64,000 bases of DNA from NCBI RefSeq assembly GCF_009914755.1, contig NC_060937.1, one strand, 5' to 3'. Position 1 is the stretch's first letter, and every line of letters begins with the position of its first letter. This DNA is from the human T2T-CHM13v2.0 reference genome, Homo sapiens. A program made the position numbers and the translations under genes. Below are positions 13,119 through 24,600 of the stretch, piece after piece. Below the pieces are notes generated by a model, which saw only the letters and a list, made by a program, of their open reading frames with translations, searched no databases and was not told where the DNA came from.

Positions 13119-14849
13119 TACAGCCTTAATTATTTAAAACTGATTATTAAAATCTCTGGTTTAAAACGCCTTCAATTTGTGTTATCTATCCAAAACACAA
13201 ATTCAATCATATCATTCCCCTAATTAAAAATCTTCCAATGGAAAAAAAATTTCCCAGTGATTTATTGTTATCTACAATATAAAGTTCAAATTCCTTAATT
13301 ATATCACAGAGGGCCCTTCTTGAGCTGGCCGGTTCCTATATTTCAAGAGCAATCTCACAACCCCGATTAATAGATATATCCTAATCTCCAGCCAGGCCAA
13401 TTTACAATCCATGAAAAATAACATTTTTTTTCACATTCTCATTCTAGGCCTTTGCATATTTATGTCTGCTTATTTTGCTTTCATTTCAGAAGCTTTAAAT
13501 TCATTAATGTAGATGTATCCTTTGCCATTGCTACAAAGTTAAGATAAAGAATAACGAAAATTGCAAAATGAATAAGAGAAGTGATAAAATAAAAATAGAG
13601 CAAGGCAGTAAAGTATGTAAAAAGAACTTCTAATGACCACATCAATATCTGAGCAGATAAATTTGATTTCAATTTTTTTATATTCATGTCTTTAAGCTTA
13701 GATTTCCAAGATGGATGTGATGTATGGGCTTGGATGAAGAGTTTATCACTTTTCTTTCCGTCTTACAAACATTAAAGAACATGTACAAAGTTGAGATGGG
13801 AAACACAAAAAGTTCTTAGCCTCTATCTAGATTATGATGATACAGTTGTTTTACCAGCCCAAGGAGTATTTTACTGTATGTTTTAGAAGAAGCCTAAATA
13901 GGGTAACCTTCATGAAGAGGATATTCATTTTCCTGGCAGCTGTATATTTTCTGAAACCTAAAATATGTGGATGCCATGAAATCATAAGATTTCAACTCTA
14001 AAAAGTTTATAAATATTAAACCACTTTATTTGCTATCTTCTAAACCTGCCTTTCATCTGATGCAATATTTTCTTCCCAGGGTTTCTAACAGCATTAATAT
14101 AAAATTTAATACGTATATGTGCTGTGAGGCAACTCAAAAGAGAACTTTAAAAAATAATTATGTCTTTTCTCTTTTTTTTTGCTTTTATTGTTATTTTTAA
14201 TTGACATAATAATTGCACACAGGGAAGGGAGAGCGGGGAGGGAGGAGGTGGCAAGAGGTTGATTAATGGATACTACCTATTTTCTAATAAGGAATAAATT
14301 CCTTATTTAATTTTACCTCTAACAAAATCCCAAAGTTTAAGTTCTTTGTCAGAGCCTGGATATGACTATTTTTCTTGGTTCACTGAAAGAATGCTTGCAT
14401 AGAAACACTTCTCACCATAAATAAACTGTGAAATGTAGGTGAAAATTAAATTTAGTTACAGCTGCCAGCCTTGAGTCTTTTCTTGATGGTGGTTGTCCCA
14501 CTCAAACAAGCACAGCTGTTTGTGACACTAGAGATAAACAAATATTACTACCAAGGAGGACCAAACTGCCTAGAAATGGGGAAAAACAATCTGCACTTTC
14601 TAAGGTCACTGAAGAGCTGCTGCCAGTAAGTTGGTCATTATGACTTTTCTACTATAAGTCCTAATTCTTGACTCTTATTTCCTAGGTATGACCTGGAAAA
14701 CTGGAAAAATGAAAATGACAAAAGGCATTTATTGAATTCCTACTAACTTCTACATAGTTTACAAATGCCATCTCATAATTCATAATTCATAATTTTCATA
14801 GTTCAACCTCCTTTCCCCAAATTTTCATCTTGCTGGTTAGGCATTAGGC

Positions 14850-15110
14850 TCCCTCACTGACAAATGAGAAAACTGAAGCTCAAATGGGTTATACAACTCA
14901 TTTTAGGCTGCAAGTATAGTGTACTAAAGAGTGTAGAATTTGGAATCAGAAAGCCTCAGATAACTCATTTAGTACCTGTTTCCTTGGGCAATTTATTTAA
15001 CTTCTCTGTAATTCAATATCTTCCTCTATAAAATGGAGATAAGACTGCTATGAGGATTAAGTGAGATAAGAAATGCATTCCAATTAGTGCTTGGCATAAG
15101 GTAAGTGAAC
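14850..15110. mobile_element. MIR fragments (two, opposite orientation)
   Basis: acaaatgagaaaactgaagctca (minus core), then tttggaatcaga…ccttgggcaatttatttaacttctctg…ctataaaatggagataa…tgaggattaagtgagataa (plus core). Confidence 0.7.
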
Positions 15111-15165
15111 AAAAAATAATACTGATAGCAGAATTGGAGAAAACGCTTTATAGTGCAAATTTTAT

Positions 15166-15467
15166 GGTCGGGCGTGGTGGCTCACACCTGTAATCCCAGC
15201 ACTGGGAAGCCAAAGTGGGTGGATTGCTTGAGCCCAGAAGTTCAAGACCAGCCTGGGCAAAATGGCAAAAACCCCATTTCTATTAAAAAAAAAAAAAAAT
15301 TAGCAAGGCATGGTGGTGTACATCTGCAGTCCCAGCTACTCAGAAGGCTGAGGTGGGAGGATCACCTGAGCCCCAGAAGTTGAGACTGCAATGAACTGTG
15401 ATCAGACCACTGCACTTCAGTCTGGGTGACAGAGTATGACCCAGTCTGATTAAAAAGGTTAAAAAGA
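15166..15467 (+). mobile_element. Alu (AluJ-like)
   Basis: ggattgcttgagcccagaagttcaagaccagcctgggcaa and gaggatcacctgagcc are AluJ-type diagnostics. Confidence 0.93.
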
Positions 15468-15944
15468 TATTTATAAAGGACTCTGATAGCAGAGTAATGT
15501 GACAAGTAGAGAAAAGAATGGCATGAATTCCAAGGAGAGTTGGAAATAAGATGGTAAAGGATTATGGGGAATTGCTGGTGGAGGTTAGAAGAAAAAAAAA
15601 AAGAAGATATTTAAATACTCACCTATTACTCAAAGTTAAATTTTAAAATACTAAAATATTTCCCCTTACAATTTACTCAGTAAGGTTAACAATAGGCTGA
15701 AAATGATTTCACAATCCAAGGATATCTATTCTTCTGACTTGTCAATTGGGTGTCTTGTTAGAGCACTGGCTAACAAGGTGAATGCTCAGATGAGGCATGA
15801 TTTGTTTAAAGAGAATCTTCATTTTCAATAACATTTTATAATTTATGGAACAGACACACTTCTATCATTTAAATATTGAAACTACTGCACTATGAAAAAT
15901 GTGTATGGCTTCTTTTTTGCTATCCTGCATTATCTGAATGTTAT

Positions 15945-16125
15945 TTTTATTTTTTTAATTTTTAATTTTTATGGGTATGTAGTAGGTGTATACGTTACAT
16001 GTTTTGATACAAGCATGCAATGTGTAAAAAGCACATTATGGAGAATGGGGTATCCATCCACTCAAGCATTTATCCTTTGAGTCACAAACTATCCTATTAC
16101 ACTTTTTAAGTTATTTTTAAATGTA
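15945..16125 (-). mobile_element. Old L1 (L1MA-like) 3' end
   Basis: T-tail then atgggtatgtagtaggtgtata…gttttgatacaagcatgcaatgtgtaa…gaatggggtatccatcc…tcaagcatttatcctttg. Confidence 0.8.
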
Positions 16126-16139
16126 CTGAATGTTATTTA

Positions 16140-16435
16140 TGTATTTATTCATTTGAGACAGGGTCTTACCCTGTCACCCAGGTTGGAGTGCAGTGTCACA
16201 ATCATGGCTCACCACAACCTCAACCTCTGGGGTCAACCAATCCTCTCCCCTCAGCCTCTCTAGTAGCTGGGACCACAGGTACATGCCACCATGCCTGGCT
16301 AATTTTTTTGTATTTTATAGAAACACGGCTTCACCATGTTGCTCAGACTGGTCTTGAACTCCAGGGCTCAAACAGTCTGCCCAGCTCAACCTCTCAAAAT
16401 GCTGGGATTACAGGTGTGAGCCACTGTGCCCAATC
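16140..16435 (-). mobile_element. Alu (AluJ-like) with 13-bp target-site duplication
   Basis: Antisense Alu flanked by TGAATGTTATTTA at 16127-16139 and 16437-16449. Confidence 0.93.
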
Positions 16436-17635
16436 ATGAATGTTATTTAAAGCATAGTACTGATGCTTCTAGGATTCTATTGGATTTTGAAAAATGATAG
16501 TACTCTATGTTCCAAATTTTCCACACTAGACTGAAGTTTACAATTCTTCAAGAAGCTTTTCTTGTTTATTAAACACATACAAGGGAGGCTGAAAGTTCCC
16601 TTCAAATATATTATATACCAAGCCCCAAGTGCAACACTCTTCGTTGTACATTGAACCAAAGGAAAGCACACCAACCATGCATTGTATCAGGGTCATTTAA
16701 GAGGATATGTTTATGGTGCAGGTTACAGGCAGCTTTGCCCATTGCTTAAACTAGGAACATTTATTCCTTATCAATATTTAAATGAGCATACTATTTGCAA
16801 AGCATTGCAAATTATTGCCCTAGGGAAGTCATAAATGCGAAGAATCAAACTGCATAGGAGAAAAAGGACAAAGCCAGCCCATTAAGACAGAAGTCTCTAG
16901 GGGAAATGAAAATGGCACTACTTCCTTCAGCATATCCTTATTTTCCCACAGAAGGGCCCCTCACCTGAATCTTAGCACTAAAAGTTACAAAAGAAAAAGT
17001 AAAGATTTGAGACTTCCAAGAGCATCCATTAATAGAATTTAGAACTGAGTGATTCTGGTATGCTTAAAATTATGGTTTTAAGGCTCAACTACAGAGGTTT
17101 CCATGAATTTACTTAGTTTCACAAAATACTGTTAGTTTGAAATGACATAAGGTCGTGCATAAATAGTACAGGTAATCCTGGACAGGCAAGCAAGGCAGGG
17201 GTTGGCAATGAATCCATGCATTTAGTCATCCACCAATAGGTTCAATCATGAGTAGAAGCAAAAAACATCAGAAACATCAGGATGCAGCCCACTTTTTCAA
17301 CATACAGTTGATGTAATTCAACAAACCACCATTAAAAAGAGGGGAGGCATTGCTAAATATTTTATAGAAATACTATACCTCCTCTCCTAAATGTCTAAGA
17401 AATAATACTTTTTTTGTTTTTGATTTATGCAATATATCATTTATACATGATCTTTTGTGATTCAAGACTTTGACATGACATTGATGAGACACTAAACATT
17501 AACAGAAAAACTCACAAAATTTAGCTATACCACCGTTAACTCCTTACCTTAATAAGACTTCCATCACTTCCCCTATATAATAACTAACCTGGTGAAAAAC
17601 TGTTACTACCCACACTTGATTAAAGAAAATGTGGA

Positions 17636-18135
17636 ACAATATTCAGCCATAAAAAAGAATGAAATCCTCTCATTCAAGGCAACATGGATAGAACTGGAGT
17701 ACATTATGTTAAATGTAGTTAAGACAGAAAAAGAAAGTTAAACACTACTTGTTCTCATTCATGTGGAAGCTTCAAAAAGTTGATGTCACAGAAGTAAAAA
17801 GTAGAACAGTGGATACTAAAGGCTGGGAAGGGCAGGAGAAAGGAGGGAAGAGGAAGAGATTTGTTAAACAACACAAAATTACAGCTAAATAAGAGGAGTC
17901 AATTCTAGTGTTCTATAGCACTGTAGGGTACCTATAGTTAATAATATGTGATATAGGTTCAAATAGCTAGAAGGAAGATTATTTAGTGTTCCCAACACCA
18001 AGAAATGATAAATGTTTGAGATGATGGATATGGTAATTACCCTGATCTGATCACATGTATCACAACATCATTATGTATCCCATAAATATGTGCAATTGTT
18101 ATATGTCAATTTTCTAAAAATGTTATTATAAATAA
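17636..18135 (+). mobile_element. Old L1 (L1MA-like) 3' end
   Basis: attcagccataaaaaagaatgaaatcct…aacatggatagaactggag…cccaacacc aagaaatgataaatgtttgagatgatggatatg…cccataaatatgtgcaatt. Confidence 0.88.
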
Positions 18136-18791
18136 AGTGAATGAACACAGATGGGCAAAGTTAAGAACTACCCCACTAAGGAATTTGCACATCATGAAAG
18201 TGTGCCAATATGAAAAACAAGTTATTCATATGGAATATGAGGATGCCAAATACCAAACTATAATACTTTTTTGCTGTGAAAAATAAATAATAATAATCTA
18301 AAGACATCAAAAAATGGCAAACTAACTGGATGGAAGAACTTATACAAGTGGGTCATTGACATGGGATGATGAAGCTGATTCTAGATTACAGCATGTAAAG
18401 GAAAAGTTCCTACTCCCAAACTTGCCATAGTTACATATCAGTTTAAAAACTGGAAAGAAACTTTATTACAAACTGCCTACAGTAGGCTTTACAAGCCATA
18501 ATCAAAATAGCTTACTCTGACAGTATTAACGAGATGGAATTGTGAAATAAGTATGGAGAGTGAACTAGAATTTGTCAAGAAAGGACTGGAATTATAATAG
18601 ACCATAATCCAGTATCCTTATGTATTACTTTCTCCCCACTGAGGACCACTATCTGAAGATATAAATTAGATTAATAAATTAACACTACAATTTTAAATTT
18701 TATCTTATAAGCAAATTATGACCTTATCGGTACTGCTTGTTGTGTGATAAGAGTCCCTATGATGATAACGAACTCGTTAACATTTTTCAGT

Positions 18792-19223
18792 CTTTTCCCG
18801 CCGTCTTGGAGCCTATGGGGCCTGCTGGGAACAGGACTTCTAAAAGAAAATACGTCTGGAAGGCTGTGGTCGAAGGCCATTTTTTTTTGCTAGTTATAAG
18901 CGGAGTGGGTCTCCAGAACCAAAGGGAGCTCATTCTTCTCAAAATTGACGGTGTTTATGCCCAAGAAGAAACTGAATTGTATTTGGGCAAGAGATGCGCT
19001 TATGTACACAAAGCGAGAACAGCACACTGACTCCTGGCGGCAAACCAAACAAATCCAGAGTTATCTGGGGAAGGTTCACTCCGGCGCACGGAAACAGCGG
19101 CATGGTTCATGCCAAATTCCGAAGCAATCTTCCTGCTAAGGCCACTGGACACAGAATCCATGTGATGCTGTACCTCTCAAAGATTTAGACTAACGAAAAG
19201 TAAATAAATAAAAGTTGATTTGT
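18792..19223 (+). pseudogene. Processed pseudogene of ribosomal protein L35a (RPL35A)
   Basis: Intronless fragments in different frames match RPL35A ([10 protein letters not shown] / [33 protein letters not shown] / [14 protein letters not shown]...[34 protein letters not shown]). Pyrimidine (TOP-like) 5' end at 18792, start codon changed to ACG (18852), frameshifts, stop at 19186-19188, AATAAA at 19203/19207. Confidence 0.95.
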
Positions 19224-19229
19224 CAAATC

Positions 19230-19525
19230 GGCCGGGCGTGGTGGCTCACGCCTGTAATGCCAGCACTTTGGGAAGCTGAGGCGGGTGGATCACTTGAGGT
19301 TGGGAGTTCGGAGCGCAGCCTGGCCAACACGGTGAAACCCCGTCTCTACTAAAAATACAAAAATAAGCCCGTCGTGGTGACACACACCTACTCAGGAGGC
19401 TGAGGCCCGAGAATCACTTGAACCCCGGAGGCGGATCTTGCAGTGAGCCGAGATGGCGCCACCTCACTCGGCCTGAGCGACAAGGCCAGACTCTTCCATA
19501 GGTAGGTAGGTAGATAGATAGATAG
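19230..19525 (+). mobile_element. Alu (AluS-like) with tail replaced by a (TAGG)n(TAGA)n microsatellite
   Basis: ggccgggcgtggtggctcacgcctgtaat… with small internal deletions, ending in taggtaggtaggtagatagatagatag. Confidence 0.93.
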
Positions 19526-19589
19526 TCTTTGGTTAAGTACTATTTGAATAGGACAATATAATAGGAAATAAAATTTTCAGAATGAGATT

Positions 19590-19790
19590 TCTTGGGTTCT
19601 ATTACCTCTACTTGTCAGGTACTAGCTGTCAAACCTTAAGCAAGTAAACTAACTGCTCTGATCTTTAGTGCCCTCATCTTTGAAACTAATAGTTAGAACC
19701 TATTTCTGCTAGCTGTTACTGGGAGTGAAGGTGACCACGTACTTAAAATATTTAATATAATCCCTATCAAACACTAAACACTAAAAATAG
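19590..19790 (+). mobile_element. MIR fragment
   Basis: tactagctgt…ccttaagcaagtaaactaactgctctgatctttagtgccctcatctttgaaa. Confidence 0.55.
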
Positions 19791-21419
19791 TAGCATGTAA
19801 TTATCAAACTGCTAATACATATACTCTTATTTTTGGTCTGACCACTCAATTTAAATGTTTAGATACTTCAAAAATTATGCATTTGGTGACCTTTCATAAC
19901 TAATCTGATAGACAAACCTTAATTAATAATAATAAAGGTAAAGACAAAACCTCGGCCCTATAAAATCATATGAGTATATACATATATGAAGTCTATATGT
20001 TTATGCTTAAACTACCATTAGCATATGGGAAGCATCCAGGAATTAGACATCTTGTAATATACCTAAGAACTAGTGTTACATATATTTTCATTTGTTTGTT
20101 TTTATTTCTATATAAAAATCTAAAACATATGTATTTGCATTCCTATTTTAATTTATTGGTCATAATCAAAATGCCCCATAATTATGAATTTCATAAGAGC
20201 ATTTGCAAGTAATTCAATAATATGCAAACAAAATTCTTATAAGTCTATTGCATTTATAATGGGTGCCTACTATGTGCTAGAAAGTATCTGAGGGTTTTAG
20301 CACAAATAGATACAAAACTATACACCACAATAATCCCAGGGAAGTAAATGTTAGTTACCAGAAACTGAATTCATTCAAGTTATAAAGTCTATTTATGACT
20401 TTGAAAAATCGCCGTATCATCTTCTATCAGCAAGTAGCTATATAGCTACATTTTAAAATGTTAACAGTGATGAAAAATATTTCACAATTTTTAATACACA
20501 AGTGAAAATGCCACAAAAGAATCCACCTGGATTTCTTCTCCTGTGGTGAATTTTGGATATGAGATGCTTTTGTAGCCAAATGCCATGGAGAAAATCAATT
20601 AGATCTGATTTTAACAACTTACTAAATTTCACAATATAATAAGGGAGAAACAAGGTGTATTAACATAAGGCACTGCAATCAATCTACTGACAAAGGAAGA
20701 ACAATAGTATTCGGATATAGGTAATATTATATTGATGTGTTCACAAAATATTGGACAGGCACCAAGTTTTTGCTAAATGGTTGAATGCCTAGCTCAAATT
20801 TATTTTCAAAACGGGAGACTACAGAAAATAATCATTTAGGGGATCTTGAGATGCTTGGTCATATCTCTCAAAATCACTGTGCTGGGAGACGCTTGGTACA
20901 GAATAATTATAAATTTTGTATTTAGTTTAAGAAAATTCTGGAGACTTAGCCATCATAGAATGCTCTGGCCTACTTAAAAAGAAATCAGAGATTCAATAAT
21001 ACCCGCTTTAATTTTCTATAGAATCTCCTGTTTTCATAGAGTTGCATGACAGTTACCATAGATACTGAAGCCATTATCCCCCCCCAAAAAAATGGTATTT
21101 TTTTACATATGCTATGACTATGTTTGTCTTATCTTGCTTCTCAAAAATTTAACCATGTTAATCTGTCATTCAAATTTTCTTTGAAAGTTAGTGTTAATAC
21201 AATTTTAATAAACGTTATATGTATATAAGGACTTTGTAATTTTTCAGAATTCACAACTTCCTTTAGATTGTTATAGTTTAATTGGTATTTCTTTAGAAAG
21301 AAGAGCAAATTGTGATAGCAAGAACAAAAATAGATTTTTCTTCATGCTTTGTAAGCTCTTCTGGTAAGAGAGTTTTAAAAATTCAGTTGGGAATTCTAAA
21401 CAGAAAACAACTTTTTCAG

Positions 21420-21696
21420 TTTTTTTTTTTGGAAACACAGTCTCACTCTGTCACCCAGACTGTAGTGCAGTGGCATTATCACAGCTCACTGCAGAGCCTC
21501 GACCTCCAAGGCTCAAGTAATCCTCCTGTCTCAGCCTCCCAAGTAGCCTGGCTAATTAAAAAAAATTTTTTTGTACAGATGGGGGGGTTCTCACTATGTT
21601 GCCCAGGATGGTCTGGAACCCCCATGCTCAAGTGATCCTCCCACCTTGGCCTCCCAAAATGCTGGGATTACAGGTGTGAGCTACCTCACCTGGCCC
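21420..21696 (-). mobile_element. Alu (AluJ-like, internal deletion)
   Basis: cacagctcactgcagagcctcgacctcc…ggctcaagtaatcctcc…ctcccaaaatgctgggattacaggtgtgag. Confidence 0.92.
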
Positions 21697-24600
21697 AGAT
21701 GACAATTCTTGAAACACACCTTACAATTTCTGCAGTAGTTTCAAATAACTAATCGCATTCCTATCTTCACAACCTTCTGAAATAAGGAGAAAAGTTATCT
21801 CCATTATTCCCACTATCCGACATCACTCACCCAGGCAATTCACATACTTGGAACCTAAAATCAAATTTCCTGACTCTTCTTATGACCCTACGGTGTCTAT
21901 ACATTAGTTAATCTAAAATCTAGAGATATTGTGATAATAAAATACTTCCCTTGGATATTAATGACAATTTCTTTTGAAATAACATAATGATATTTTTGTG
22001 GGAAACATTTCCTAAAAATTACACTTGTTGCTAACGCTTTAAAAAACTGAGTTTTGTGTATGTATTCAGAATTAAATTTTCTTGCTACCTTAAGTAACAA
22101 GTGTGAACTGGAGGAGATGAAAATACTTCCATTGACAGTCACAACTAACTACTTTACACACCAGAGCCATGCCTCTGAGATGTGAAACATTCATTTCAAC
22201 ATTTGGCCACATGTAACTGTCTCAATACTGTGAACTCCTGCACAGTTTGCTATGGGCAAGAGACCTGCCGTTACACAAGCCTGTGGATCGACTGGTCTTG
22301 GTAGAATCTTATTTTAAGACTCTTTAAAGCACTGATTTATGCACAATTGATCTGATCAGCCAGGCAGTCAATGTGATTTATTAGCTAAGATGGCCAAAAC
22401 CCTTTTTTCTCCTTTTTCATGCAGTAGTAATTCACCTCATTAGAGGTGGAATCATTATAGGAAGCTACTGAGAAATAAGAAGTTGAACCTGCTGGCCTGA
22501 CTCCTTATTTCCCCCCCATCTATGGATCTACCAAATAGTAATAGCTAGACACTAAGACCAGAGCTGCTGTGCACACATGTAGAGGCCACTGTACTAGAGA
22601 CAGATGGAGCAGATCAGAGAAGATTCTAATATTCTTCCACTCTGAAACATTTCCAGATATCAAATTCATTCATTTAGCTTCATGAGAAACTCATTCACTT
22701 AGTTTCTAGCAGGTATTTTTTGTTTATTTAACTACAGTAAGACAAATGACTTGTATTACTTTGTAATTATGGTGCCTAACTAAACATAAGACTAACAATG
22801 TGTATAACAGGAGTTGAAAACCTACAGTGTACATCCAGACGTGTGTACACAAAAATGTATACATACGCTTACACTCCTAATGTTGCACAAGATCTAGTTG
22901 AACAGCCCAAACAGGTCCATCTATGGACAAAATACACATTTGAATTTGCCAAGCACTTATATTTCCTATAATATGTTGGGGAAGGATCTACAGCTCTCAT
23001 AGGTATACATCAGTACATTTGGTACAAAACTTCCTTCCTCTTGTTAAAGTCTGTCTCCCAGTCAGGATACCCTAAGTCCCTACTGATTACTGGCTACCTC
23101 CTTAAATTTTATTAACAAATAGTTAGAGAAGTAATGTAACAGAGTAATTTATGTTCATTTCATGAGATAGCTCTACTTTAAAACAGAGTATTACTCAACA
23201 CCTTCGGGCCCTTCCATGCAATCTTCCACTAGGAGTGCAAGGCCAGGATCCTTAACTCTAGTTGTCCAAACCATGCATTTCCCTTTGACTTGATAGAAGA
23301 TTCCTCCCTCCCAACACAGTGATTTTGAGAGATATGACCTGCTAATAGCTTCCTTCTATACCTTATCCCTCTCTAAAAGAATGAACACTTCGCCACTTCC
23401 CTGCCCACCTCCGACGTGCAAGTATAAAGTCAATAAGAAACTACTTAATATTTCACTATTAAAAGTTTAAAAACCACACATGATTCAGTACAAAAATGTT
23501 GAGGAGTAATACATTAATTCACTATATATGTGCTATATAAATTGTGAAAATTTGGATTTAAAAATTCAGATTTACTTAAGCCCAGTTATATAATTTCCAT
23601 ACAGAAGGACTTATGGCCACTGTCTTTGAGTCACTCTGACAAATGACTCCTTTAGAATATGCTGAATGAATGCACAGCTTTTAAGCTGAGCACTATTTCA
23701 ATAACTTTAAAATGCAACAATGAACAAGACAATTTGTAAAATATGTGAATATTTTTATAACTCTTTCAGGAGGTACAGTACAACCTATCCTTATTACCAA
23801 ACAAGTAATGTCAAATGACAAAATCTTTAGCTATTGTACTAGTTCAAAAGAAATGCAATGTGTGTATGTGCGCATTTGTGCTGTGATATGTACGTCCATG
23901 AGTATGCTTACGATCACATATTCAAGACCAGAAATCTTTACTGAAAGGATTCCAGGTGAAAATTTTTCAGTGTCAGAACATCAGTAAGAGGAAATATAAT
24001 CTAAGATCTGGAGTTCTTATTCTCATCAGACATTTGCTGTTGACCACATAAACTTTGTCTTTAACCTCCTTCTTAATAGAGATTAATCAAAGGCAAGTAG
24101 CTTCTCCTGATTTAGGTTTTTGTTTCAAAACTTTGGTTGGATTATTATTTTAATAATTACCTATTTACTGCTACAGTTAAAACTCCATGTTTAAACACAT
24201 TTTATAATTTACATTATAATTTACATTACATTTAGTATATTACATTATAACTAGTAAATAATGATGTTATTGGCCATTTTGATTTATTTATTATGCCCCC
24301 TTCTTGAAATAAAACTTTGCCTATATTATTAATGGCTTAAAAGAATAGTTTCTTTTCCTTTAGCTAATTGTATTTATTAGCAGCAGTTTTGTAAATAGAA
24401 TAAGACACTCCAGGGAGAATACTGAGCTGGTATATAGTGGCCTTCTTGTTGTTGAAATCATTCACCCTTTGGACTTGTGAACCACAAAGCCCCCACAGCT
24501 CAGCAAATCCCAGCGTAGCACATGCCAAGTCCTGTCTTACTGCTTTCACATAGTCCTCACATTCTAACCCCCACCCCAATATTGCTAGATAGCTCAATAC

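Noticed and set aside
18737-19188. Functional RPL35A gene
   Set aside because: Start codon lost, several frameshifts and no introns: a processed pseudogene.
24200-24250. Short degenerate TATAATTTACAT repeats (also CATAATT x3 near 14773)
   Set aside because: Ordinary slippage microrepeats, with no spacer structure.
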